Positions 52,721 through 64,000 of a DNA stretch of 64,000 bases are shown piece after piece; position 1 is the stretch's first letter; each line of letters opens with the position of its first letter. The notes below the pieces were generated by a model, which was given only the letters and a program-made list of their open reading frames with translations, ran no database searches and was not told where the DNA came from. Source of the DNA: Podarcis pityusensis (Eukaryota); the NCBI GenBank assembly GCA_964106645.2, contig OZ067044.1; one strand, written 5' to 3'. The position numbers and the translations under genes were made by a program.

Positions 52721-53770
52721 ACTCATGAAGTGGTAACCCCATGTTTAGAGTGTTCAAATGTACAATGGCTTTTGAAGATGCACAGGTATTCCCATGGTTT
52801 CCAGGACTAGGCTTTGAAACAAGTGTTCAGTAGATAATTTAACAGAAAGCTCATATCTAAAATCAGATTAAGCTGGTATTGGCCCAAGACCAAAACAGCA
52901 CTTCCAATAAAAGACTTCTTTATTTCTTACCATAAAACTTCCTTAGTCAGTTAGTATTTTCAACATACTTGCAGCTCATTATTCTGACTTTTTTATCCCA
53001 AATTTTGTTAAAGAACTGGAAAAAGTTTTTATAAACTTTCTCAAGTGAATAATGATACAATCCAAAAAGCAGTAAGTAACCAATCTCTGAATAAAATAAA
53101 ATAAATTAAACCTATCAATTTAAGATAGGCTACTTTACAAGTAAGTGGCTGGTGTCTAGAAAATGGCCAAGTAGTAAGTATGCCATAGCTAGGAAGCCTC
53201 CAGATTGTGGCTACTTAAGAGATTCTTGACAGCATTGAGAAAACCCCTGTGTGCATGTTCTTTTATGTAAACACTGGCTGGGGCTAGAATAGTATTGGGC
53301 TAGAAATTATTGGGTTTTTTTAGCTTTTAACATAGATTTAGTAAGCATAGAAGAAAAGTTTTTTAACTCATCCAAAAAAGAATAAAAAACACCACCCTGT
53401 CCTTACTATCTGTATGTCAATACTTTGTCCCAGTGCAATTTTATCTCTATAGTGTAACACTTCTTTAAAAATAACAAAACAAATGATGCAAAATGGCTCT
53501 TAATAGCTTTATCTCAAAGACAGTAACGTTTTTGCCAGATATCTGAAATATTTCTAATATTATGTGGAGGAAAAACACCCCATATTAAAGTATTATAATA
53601 TAACATGCTTTTTTGTTAGTTTAAATAAAAAGCATTTTAAAATAAATTCAAGGGAAAGTAATACTGCTATACAGTTAAACTGGATACAAGGGTTCCCTTT
53701 TATTAACACTGAGACCACTGATGCAGCTTCTCCCCTCGCAGAAAGCAATGATGTGAACAAATTAGAGATT

Positions 53771-53839
53771 TCAAAGGTTCTCTTGACAAGATTCCTCAAC
53801 AGCATTTTGGAACAGAGTTTCCTCATCCAGCTGAGGATT
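53771..53839 (-). CDS. RNF138: RNF138 last coding exon (UIM, stop)
   Basis: NPQLDEETLFQNAVEESCQENL*. Spliced CDS 738 nt = 245 aa. Confidence 0.94.
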   Translation of the reverse strand, partial: NPQLDEETLFQNAVEESCQENL

Positions 53840-55484
53840 CTAAATACAAACAACAACAAAAATGGTTTAGAATTTCCCCCCAGACCAAGTTATTACACTC
53901 TACAGTTCAGCATGTACTCTGCATTAATTACTACAACAAAGAGCACACAATGGGAAAATGTATATGAATAGTCTGCTAAATGATATAAGTGATCCTTTAG
54001 AAAAGAAGGCTGTCATTCCGGCAATTAACATGCTAGTAACAGCAAAATGAATTACTAAAAACTGGAACCTCCCCCAAAACATTTCCAGAAATGAATGGTT
54101 GCAAAATGTTGATTATGAGTGATGTTATGGCAGTGATTCACATCTAACCAGGACATTTAAAGGAAAAGCAAGCAATGTTGTTTTGGAACAGTATTTTTAC
54201 TTGAGATAATGTTAAGGAGCAATTATTAGTTATGTTATTTGGTATTAATTCAGCGGAAATTTAGGGGGTATAAAACAGAATTGGTTTTGATATGTTTTAC
54301 TCAGAAATAACTCCGGTGAAATAAATTAATTTCTTACTGAATTTCTTACTTACTACTTACTGAGAAAAAAATAGATTTCCCTCCCCCCCCCCTTTCCTAT
54401 TTTCCAGGACATTTCACCCATTTCCACCCAGACACTGCTTGCAGCTGCAGTATTCTGGATATGTCCAGGAAATTCTGGACATATGGCAACCCTAGATTAT
54501 GGAACATTGCAGTTAAAGCAAGATGGGAACGGCTTTTCTGGATTTGAGCATGTTTCTTTTTGTTTACATGATCTGTGATATATATTTATATCTTGCTCTT
54601 CCAGTGAGGAGCTCAAGGTTGTGTATATTATTCTCCCTTTCATCTTTGTAATGGCCCTGTAAGATATAAGTTAAGGTAATATATGCACTTAAGCCTAAAT
54701 TCTTCCAACAGACTGCTGGGGGGATTGCAGAGGACCCAATCTAAGTAAAGTGTAACAGGTCCAGGAAATCCTGTTGGCATCCCAGCACCACAGACTGTTC
54801 CCCAGCCAGGCAGCAGAAGTAAACAGTTGACATTTGACAGGGGGAGAAACTAGACCTGCTGAGACACCATCTGTCTTTCACTATCACCACAGCCATGCTG
54901 TCAGCCTACAGACCAGAGGAGAGGAGAGAAGAGAAGCAGGGCTATCTATTCTCATCAGGTTTGTTGAGACTGGCTCGTTCTCTCTCAACAGCAGTCATTC
55001 CATGAAGCTGCCTGAACAACTTCCAATTTAGCTGGTTGTTATATGAACTGTAACTTTTGAGAAGAGTGACCAAGTCTGCTTTTCCTGTCCTTTCCCATCT
55101 TTTTCCTTGTGTGTCCTGTCTTTTAAATGGTAAGCTTGAGGGTAGAGACTAGTGTATGCATGGTTTATTGAGGTATAAACTGACTTTGGAACCTTTATGC
55201 CTAAAGCAGGGTAGAAGTGTTTTAAATGCACAAAATCCCCTAAGTGCTTTTCTAGCCTTTTCCGAAAATCTACCTAGGAAAGAGATTTCACAATTTACCA
55301 GGGCAGCTGTAGAACTTGGGTAAAGCAAGGCTTCTAGGTAATTTAAATCTGGCAATCTAATATAGAAGGTGCTTTTACCCAAATTAATCCAAGATGAATA
55401 GGGCTCTAATTTAGTCTTCCAGCATAGAGATTAAAAAATGTCAACATTTTAAATAGGGAGCAAGAACAAAAGAAAAGCTCTTAC

Positions 55485-55592
55485 CATAAAATCTCCATAC
55501 TCAAACTGATGCCTTAGATTTAAATGGCCAACAAAATCTCTAGTAACCCGGTTAGGATCTCCCCATGGAAAAGAGACACAAATAGGACAGAT
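55485..55592 (-). CDS. RNF138: RNF138 coding exon 6 (second C2H2 finger)
   Basis: ICPICVSFPWGDPNRVTRDFVGHLNLRHQFEYGDFM, 108 nt. Confidence 0.95.
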
Positions 55593-56133
55593 CTTTAAAA
55601 GAGAGAGAGAGAATAAAGAGGCAGACAATTGCTCGCATAAATTGCATAACTAGATAGTAGATCAACATTAGTTTCTATGAAAATCATACTACAAAGAAAT
55701 CCTTTAAAATGGACACATTCTTAAAACAAAAGGATACTCCTGGAAGGAATGTGAATAGAAGAGATTAAACTTAAAAAGTTAACTACACATACTTTAAATT
55801 CTTTAAAGGAAATGACACTGAACATTTATGTTTCTAAAGAAGATACTACTTGTCTATTTCTGCCCTCAATCTTAAGAAATCTTTTTACAAAAAAACTTGA
55901 AAAATGGGACTTAAGACAAAAAGTTTTTAAAAGAGTGTATGTCTCTAATATCTCCCATTTAAACAATACTGGGCACTACTTGTAAAACAGGGCACCATCC
56001 TGCCCAAGCTGGGCACTCCTTAAGTGCTTAGTACTTCCACTGAACTCAAATGGACTTAAATGTGTCTAATAGCAATGTATTGTGCAACAGCTTGAGAAAA
56101 AATAGAATGAAGGGCAGTCCTTTAAGAAAACAT

Positions 56134-56475
56134 AAAGGTAAAGGGACCCCTGACCATTAGGTCCAGTCATGACCGACTCTGGGGTTGTGGCACTCATCTT
56201 ACTTTATTGGCTGAGGGAGCCGGCGTACAGCTTCCGGGTCATGTGGCCAGTGTGACTAAGCCACTTCTGGCAAATCAGAGCAGCGCACGGAAACGCCGTT
56301 TACCTTCCCGCCTATTTATCTACTTGGACTTTGACGTGCTTTCGAACTGCTAGGTTGGCAGGAGCAGGGACCAAGCAATGGGAGCTCACCCCGTTGTGGG
56401 GATTCGAACCGCCGACCTTCTGATCGGCAAGTCCTAGGCTCTGTGGTTTTACCCACAGTGCTACCCGCGTCCCTG
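56134..56475 (-). mobile_element. Full-length Sauria SINE (tRNA-derived)
   Basis: Minus strand begins GGGACGCGGGTAGCACTGTGGGT, B-box GGTTCGAATCC (56410-56400), ends CCCTTTACCTTT. TSD GAAAACAT at 56126-56133 and 56476-56483. Confidence 0.9.
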
Positions 56476-56737
56476 GAAAACATGTCTTGTAATTACAGAT
56501 CTAAGTACTTTAAAAAAAAAAAAAAGATTGGAAAAGGGAAAATGTCATTCAGTATAAAACTGAGGGAAATGCTGTAACTGCTAGATCCATTACTGAAGGG
56601 AGTAGAGGGTGGCTCATTCTTTCTGAAGATATTGCTATTGTCATAGAATTAAGATAATTTCAAAAAAAAGAGCTCTTAATTCACACATACTAGGATAAAA
56701 TCTTCACAAACTTTCTTTTTTATATACACATACTCAC

Positions 56738-56843
56738 TACTGGAACTAGTTGATAAAGGTGCCTATCATTACAGTGATCCAATAAGTTCTGCCTTGTAAA
56801 GTTACTTTCTTGACACAAAGGGCATTTGAATGTAGGCTGTCCA
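56738..56843 (-). CDS. RNF138: RNF138 coding exon 5 (C2H2 zinc finger)
   Basis: GQPTFKCPLCQESNFTRQNLLDHCNDRHLYQLVPV, 106 nt. Confidence 0.95.
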
Positions 56844-57712
56844 CTGAAAACAAATATGAGAAAGAGGCACACATGGATGAAAATCCCTGCAACAGCATGT
56901 TACATTTTCAAGGAACTCTGTCACACACAATCATTTCCTCATTAATTTCAGCAAAAGGAGGAAATGCATAAAATGAGACCAAAACACATATTGAGGAACA
57001 GTGGCCACATTTGTGCATAACACTAGACCATGGCTAAATCCTATGTGTATGAGACACAATGAGTCTTGCACATGAATGATTCCCCTCCTCCCCCTGGGCA
57101 TTCAGGAGGAGGGAGGAAGCACACAGGCTTGAGGCTTGCTGTAGTGGATTCATGTAGCACTAAGTCAAAATTTAACATATTTGAATGCAGCTGGTATGTA
57201 TACAGTAAAGAGGGTGTGGGATGTAGAAGGAACAGCTGGATTAGCCAGTGTACATTTGGAGAATTTGCTAGAGGACCTGACCTGAACATGACAAAAGCAT
57301 GTTTTTTTATTATCATGTTCTGAGTATCCCTTTTAAAAATCAATACACAAGTGTTGTGGAATCGTCTCGTTCATGTTTACACTGCACAGAAATAACACCC
57401 ACTTAATAATGAGACTCAAATGACCTTTAAATCTGTTCATTTGAAGAAGTCTGGATCCTCCCTTTTCTGAGGATCTTAGAAGTTCTGACTTAAAATCACT
57501 GAAATACCTCCTAATCTATTACATTGTTCCTTCCAATATGAACACGTGTTGTCCAATACAATAAATGTCTACTTGGAAGCAAACATGACTGAAGCAAATT
57601 CTATCAGAATCAAAGTAAGTGCGACCATGGTTGAGGCATAAATGCCAGCCTAATCCCTGGCATCTCTTCCTTTCTGTTGCCCAAGCGCTTGCTGATTTAT
57701 TTAAGGTATTTA

Positions 57713-57954
57713 CAGTGGTACCTCAGGTTACATATGCTTCAGGTTACATACGCTTCAGGTTACAGACTCCGCTAACCCAGAAATAGTACCTTGGGTTAAG
57801 AACTTTGCTTCAGGATGTGAACAGAAATTGTGCTCCGGCGGTGCGGTGGCAGCTGGAGGCCCCATTAGCTAAAGTGGTGCTTCAGGATAAGTACAGTTTC
57901 TGCTTAAGAATGGACCTCCGGAACGAATTAAGTACTTAACCCAAGGTACCACTG
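57713..57954 (+). mobile_element. Same MITE family, copy 5 (RNF138 intron)
   Basis: TA|CAGTGGTACCTCAGGTTACA...AAGGTACCACTG|TA. Confidence 0.88.
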
Positions 57955-58846
57955 TATATAGTCTGTTCCTAATATCTCAGGGCAGTTTACAGTGCTATTT
58001 AAAACAAAAGAATAACAGAATATATACTAAGCCAATGGAAGAGATGTCATGCTTTGTATTTTTCAGTTTAAGGCTTTTTTGGGGTGTTTTCTTAAGATTA
58101 CGTAGTCTTTCAACAGGATCTCTTTCATCTATCACCAGCAGCTTTTGCAGTAAATCATAGGATTACTTTGTACTGCTTCAAATATAAAAAGTTGTTTTCT
58201 CTGGAATATCTTTTTCTAAGAAACAAATCAAATTCCATTTTCCTGATTTTACCTGACCTAAATATATTATAAGGCATCATATACTTCATTTATACTTCAC
58301 CTTGACACAAATCTGTTTTAATACTTTAAACCCAAAATTTGAATTTTGATAAAATCCAAAAGAGTATTTTGAATTCTGACTTGTTTTGGAGTATAACTAT
58401 AGCATGATGTGCTTTGTGCTACCTTCACATTAGGGGTTTCCAATGCTCAAAAAGGCTGAAAACCACTTTTATACAAAATATTCAGGTTACTGATACAGGA
58501 ATATAATTCTCCATGCCTGACACATATGTGAAAAGACCTGAAGGTAGATAAAGCAAGCCAAATGGGCCCCAGTCCAAACCCCAGGAGGCAGTCAATGCAT
58601 GCATAATGTTCTGATGAGAAATAGCTTTTTTATTTACTTTGTCACCTGGAAATCAGTAAGGAAGCATCTCCTTATTCAAAGCTTGGGATTCACATATTAA
58701 AGTCCCTGCATGAGTATACATCAGAGCCACTGCTCTATGATATTTGTTTTGAAATTTGTCTTCTACTGAAGATTTCCTTCATTTGTTGGCACTCCTTCCC
58801 ACCAATACCTAAAACCACATAGTTATTATTTCAAAGGTAGTCCTAC

Positions 58847-58912
58847 CTTGTAGCTTCTTCAGGAACATGTAGATTAGAATTTTCTCCAACTTCTGAAGTA
58901 GAAGAGTCACTT
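58847..58912 (-). CDS. RNF138: RNF138 coding exon 4 (linker)
   Basis: tttag|A...AG|gtagga, SDSSTSEVGENSNLHVPEEAT(S), 66 nt, phase 2/2 fits both neighbours. Confidence 0.85.
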
Positions 58913-59673
58913 CTAAAACTTCATACAAAGCATGAGAATTTATTTTCAAATTAAATACAGAAGGGGTTGCAATTCAAAGCAGTATGATGACTAAATTAAT
59001 CCCATTGATACTAGTGGGATTTACTTTCAAAAAATGCATGTTTAGAATTGGACTATAGATGTTCTTATCTAAATAAACATTTTTTTTTTTTTTAAAGTTA
59101 CTTCAGAAACATTGCATAAGGTGTTGGGTGGCCACCATGGATGAAGCTGAGCTTAGCTCCCATTCAAAAGTGCTGCTGCATGCCCATGGAAGTGCATCTG
59201 AGTGGAGGACAGTGAGTGGCACTGGGACCACCAAAGCAGCAGCGAAGGATGTAGCTGCCACCTAAAGCAGGAATGAGGAATGAGCCCTGCCTTTGTTTAA
59301 GGAGGGGCACTATCACCATTATGCCAAGGGCCGCTGAAGCCTGGTGCCCATACTGCAAACAAAACAAAGGTTTGCAATACACAAAGTAATTTTTGTTGAT
59401 TTAAATAGTGATTTTTGGCATTTCATAATCAGAACTAAGTTCCAAAGCCTAAAAGATAATTATAACATTGTGTCGGAAGTTCTCATTTGGATATAACATA
59501 ATAAAATGTACTTTACTGTCACACTTCAACCACCCTGTGAATAAATTCTAAGCTACATTGTTTAACAACTTCCCCCATGCCAAATCTAAAGAACGCAATA
59601 TACAATAGTTTGGGACATTTTTTTAAAAAGCAAGCATTAAAATGTATAAAGCTGCTTGCAAATAGGTATTTAC

Positions 59674-59789
59674 CTGTTTCCTGTTGAATCCTGAGATATG
59701 TCTAAGCTTGGAATTACAGAAGAAACACCATACTCATCTTGATACTTTTTACACGATTTATAGTGCTGTCTCATACGCGAGAATCTTAT
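59674..59789 (-). CDS. RNF138: RNF138 coding exon 3
   Basis: IRFSRMRQHYKSCKKYQDEYGVSSVIPSLDISQDSTGN(R), 116 nt. Confidence 0.94.
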
Positions 59790-60535
59790 CTGTAAATAAA
59801 GTTGTGTCTCATTTAGAGTTGAATCTCATTTATGGGCAATCCTATAGTTACCTAAAAAAATTACTCCTGTGACTAGTTGGGGAAAATCATGTCAACTAGT
59901 TTACAAAACTTTCTTCTAAATTCCCTTGATTTGCAATACTGAAAGCTCATTCAACTAAGCATTAACACATATTTTCTTACATGCCTTATAAATATTTTTG
60001 TTTTACTGAGCTCAACACAAGAGTTAAACAACCAGATCAGGTGACAGATCATAAAACTCTACAGTATTCTATGGTTTGAGCTTCCCAAGACCTTAAGATA
60101 GATAAAAAGTTAATGCACATATGGTTAGCTGCTTCTTTGTATATTTGGGGATTGCTTTCGCTTCAATCAGGTAATTCAAAGTGTATACTGGTTAAGATAG
60201 TCTTACAGTCACTGCTCAAGCCATTCTTGTACCTCCACGTCTTCTTCAGTATTATTAACAGTTTTAATTTACTAGAGTGCTCCCAAATCACAACAAAAAA
60301 AGTGAAGGAATACATTCTATCAGTGCCTAGTTGCAACACTTGTTTGTTATTCAAAGTCAGTCTGCTTTTTCTCAGAATCTTCATAATGTAAAATGTGGTA
60401 ACAGATGATGGTGCACTACCCACCTGTCTGCAATAAATATTATTTCAATGTAATCCTATGCATGTTTTCAAAAGGGCTTACTTCTAGATAAGCATACAGA
60501 GTTTCACTTTTAACACTATTTTACATCTACTATAC

Positions 60536-60701
60536 CTGTTTGTCGCAGCATCTACAGCTCCCCACCAATTTCTTCATGTTGTTTTCAACATCTAAGGCTC
60601 TGTTAGGACGTGCTTTTTCTTTTCGGGTGACAATGCCTCTGCATAGTGGGCAATGTGTTCCACCTTCTTTCATAGCCATTAAGAAACATTTCCTGCAAAA
60701 C
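60536..60701 (-). CDS. RNF138: RNF138 coding exon 2 (RING C3HC4 end, C2HC finger start)
   Basis: FCRKCFLMAMKEGGTHCPLCRGIVTRKEKARPNRALDVENNMKKLVGSCRCCDKQ, 166 nt. Confidence 0.95.
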
Positions 60702-61319
60702 CTGAACCCAAATATAAAGTTGAGTACAAAAATAATGTTCTGCTTTACCAATTAATAGTCATTCTAATCCCATTATTATTACTACAGCATGCCACTTTCA
60801 CCAGTCTGTGATAACTCATATACTCATGATTTAAAGTTGGGGAGAGCAGTGAAGCAGTGAAATTTGCAGATTACGGTATATATTGAGGATGGTAAAAATC
60901 CAAGCAGACTTCCCAAACATATCAAAACTATGTGAATGGGAGGTGGGGGTGACAAAGGAGATTCAAAGTGATGTACACTGAGACAAAAAAAACCTAACTT
61001 CAGGGAATCAAAACTGCCAGTTACTCACCAAGAAAGATATTGAGGGGTTATGACAGAGTACAAAATGAAAAATGAACCCAGTGCACACCAGCTGTGAAAA
61101 GGGCAAACTGTACACCAAGGATAATTACAAAATACATTCAAAATTAAACCGCCTTTCAAAAAAAACCACTTTTATATAGATCTGCACTTGAGCCAGATCT
61201 GAAATAGTAAGATACAGATAACTACCAGAGTGATTAGAGCACTTTTCTGATGAGAAAAGTCATCACATTTGGGGCTTTTAATAGTGAAGAAAACGGCAAA
61301 TGAGGGAGGATGGGTAGGA

Positions 61320-61500
61320 ATCACTGTGTAGGTTTATAAAATTATGCTTATGTTGAAAAAGTGAAAGGAAGTTTTCTCCATCTCTCATAATATTAGAACT
61401 CAAGGTCATCCAATGAAACTGAATGACAGAAGATTCAATACATTCTTTAAAAAAAACCTATCACATAGCATGTAATGAACTTATGGAATTTGCTTTTATG
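61320..61500 (+). mobile_element. CR1 3' relic
   Basis: TTTTCTCCATCTCTCATAATATTAGAACTCAAGGTCATCCAATGAAACTGAATG, a CR1 ORF2 C-terminal pattern (TRGHPMKL-like). Confidence 0.6.
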
Positions 61501-61978
61501 AGATATTGTGCAGTAAGGCTATTCTTATCTACATCCAAAAACTGGAATTATTTCCATTCTGAGTAGCTTTAAGATTATCTGCGTTACAACACTGAAGATG
61601 CTTAGTAAAGCTTAGCAAATGTTCGAATTTGTGCTGTGCATGGGAACAAACAGAACTCAAAAGGACGCAGTAGATGTATTTTAACAAGCAAGCAGAAACT
61701 TCATGGAGGGCTTCTGTGGTGATTTTTCAAGAAAAAGTATCTTATGCAGCATATACAAGAGTAGAAGCACTTACAAAAATTTATGAATTGGCACTTGTTT
61801 AGCATACGTAAAAGTAGTTGCATCCTCCTCAAAAGTGGGGTTAACAAGAGAACATCCTCCTTAAAAATACAAATGTTTACTGAGATCAGTTAGATAGGAA
61901 GAGTATGAGGGAAGGGAGAAAATATATAATTAACAATGGAGGGGCAAATAAAAATGGGCCAGAGACATAGATACATAC

Positions 61979-62085
61979 ACATGCTGACAAGCAGAAATCC
62001 TCACAGGTGTTTTAAACACATCTTGGCAAACAGGACAGTAATAATCATCTTCATTGAAACAAATAGTGGCAGGTTCCTCATTCAT
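61979..62085 (-). CDS. RNF138: RNF138 first coding exon (RING start; exon begins at 62105)
   Basis: gctgccATG at 62085, MNEEPATICFNEDDYYCPVCQDVFKTPVRISACQH(V), donor GT|gtatgt, acceptor ttcag| at 62106. Confidence 0.93.
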
Positions 62086-63059
62086 GGCAGCAAACTGTTG
62101 TACTTCTGAAAGAGCAATGGAACAACATATAGAGAACAATTATCACCCTAAGTACTGGGAAAAAGAGCATAAGACAGTGTTTATCCTGTCTTTTGTCTTC
62201 ACTTAATTATTCACTTCCTTGAGTACAGTATTTGAGAAGGCCATGAAAGCTTGCCCCTTAAGAGGACAGAAGAATGAGTGCTGTGACCCCTTGACATATA
62301 TGACTTTGCAAGTGTGACTAAAACTTTGGGGAGACACACGTCTCAGCTTGGTTTCACTATGTGCAAAACTATAGCTGCCTACACTATGGATGAGGATGAT
62401 TCAAAGGCCTGAAGTGAAGAATGAATGGACTTCTGGTGGTGGAAAACGTACATTTAATTTTTGCAGTACCGCATGGGAGCTACCTACCAGTACCTAGTGT
62501 TTTGCCCCTACTGCTATTGGTGCAGTAAAATGCCCTAAAAATGGGATGGAGAACTTGTGGCCCTCCTGGTTTTGTTGGCCTCAAACTCCCACCCGTTCCA
62601 GCCATAATGGCAGATGGTCAAGGTTTGTCTGAGGTTTGATTATAGGAGCGTTTCCTTCTGTATCCTCCATTCTGTTCAGGTTATTTTCCATCAAAGGCCT
62701 TTTTTCACATGGCCCCATAACTCTGCTACACCCTCCTGCAAGATGGCCCCTCTTGCCACGAATAAATAAAAAAATACTTATCTATTGGCGGCCTAATTCA
62801 CCTGCCCTTTGGCATTTTAGGCTGCGACCCAACACAAGTCTTACTTGCCCCATATAACGCAGGAGGGCTTACTTTGGAGTAAAAGAGTATTTATTCACGG
62901 CGAGCCTCACGCAAAATATAAATTGTAGGCCATTATTTTGTGGTTTTCTGAATGCACTGAAAGCAACGTTCCGGTGCTGGTTTTTGTTACCACTTCGGAA
63001 ACTTTAACGAAGTCAGCATGCAAATAATAACGTGTTTTCATATTTATATTACGTACAAT

Positions 63060-63720
63060 TAAAGGAAATCCCACCGTCGCGATACTGAGGGCGCCAGAGG
63101 GAGGCGAGGCCTTAAGGGCCCCGAGGAGGAAGAGGAGCAGAGCTAGGCGGCTCTTCAAGCCTCAGCCCCGCGCCGGCTTCTCGGCGTTTATGTCCCCGAC
63201 AATCGGAATCCCGGCCCCCACCTCGCAAAAATAAAACCACGCCCGCCCTTCGCCTCGAGGTGCGGCCTAGAGCCCCAGCCACTACCTTTCGGGAGAACGG
63301 GAAGGTCGGTCGCAAGCTTCGGGGCCGGGCCGGGATCTTCAGGGCTCCCGGAGGCCAAGCCGGTCAAACCGCCGCCGCTCTCCATGTAGGTCTTAGGCCG
63401 CCGCCGCGGCGGCCTCTTCCCAACAGGCAGGCGGGGGTTGCCATGGCAATAGTCCCCCCCTCCCCTCCGGCGTGAATTGTTATTGAACAAGAGTCGTCGC
63501 CGCCGCCTCCTCCTCCTCCTCTTCCCTCCGCCTGCCTGGCTGCCTGGAGGCGACGCGGAAGCCGCTTTTTCGACCGCCAGTTTCTTTTAAGCGCTGGCGG
63601 GCCTCCTCGCGAAAGGCTTAAAGTGGCACGTTTGTGAGGGGCTCGCCAAGACCTAATATTTCACCACCGCCCTCCTGTCGCGTGAAGGCGCAAGAACTGG
63701 GCTCCCCAAAGACGGCTTGT
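63060..63720 (-). promoter_or_regulatory. RNF138: CpG island: RNF138 promoter and non-coding exon 1
   Basis: Abrupt GC/CpG-rich tract 1 kb upstream of the first coding exon. ETS-type CGGAAG at 63556-63561, X-box at 63437-63450, candidate donor GAG|gtgggg at 63222/63221. Confidence 0.8.
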
Positions 63721-64000
63721 GGGGAATGGATATATGCACAGCACAACCCCCTTCAGTTCCGAAGCTCCCTTGTGGAATGGCATATACGTCCCCTGCTCGC
63801 TGAACTGACCATAATAAACCCCACTGAACACAGATTTGCTGCCTAGTTTGAACTGCACTGTGAAGTCTCTAGTCCTCTCGGTTTGGGGAGAGGAAAAATA
63901 TCAGGGGAAAACAGGATTCCGGACTGTGTTCTGAACGCAGACGGAAACGTTTAATTCATTAAATGCCTGCACATCTTTTACCCTTCTTTCTGCAAACACT

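Noticed and set aside
53564-53971. 135-aa plus-strand ORF
   Set aside because: Antisense to the RNF138 last exon and UTR, GTG start, no homology apparent.
56390-56475. tRNA-like A/B boxes
   Set aside because: Head of a Sauria SINE, not a tRNA gene: no complete cloverleaf and it continues into SINE body.

Overview
Vertebrate (squamate, probably lacertid lizard, judged from the Sauria-SINE and other repeats) genomic DNA, not prokaryotic. It holds the conserved block GAREM1 (+ strand, last three coding exons, 2888-10224), a complete 15-exon MEP1B/meprin beta gene (- strand, 44774-21770, 697 aa by hand-splicing) and a complete RNF138 gene (- strand, 7 coding exons 62085-53771, 245 aa, CpG-island promoter at about 63060-63720). 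All splice junctions were read from the sequence (GT-AG, phase-consistent). Exon numbers follow the human orthologues as I recall them. Introns and intergenic DNA carry many transposon relics: five copies of a TA-flanked Tc1/mariner-type MITE, hAT MITEs with 8-bp TSDs, two Sauria SINEs, and L1, CR1 and L2 fragments. The most striking element is a 267-bp Penelope-like insertion in MEP1B intron 6 with a 12-bp TSD. It forms a perfect 113-bp-arm palindrome and carries a minimal hammerhead-ribozyme motif on each strand. Also notable are an inverted MITE pair bracketing a frameshifting GAREM1 exon, an A12-AG splice acceptor, and an RFX X-box that doubles as a uORF start in the RNF138 leader. Most entries in the ORF track are spurious.
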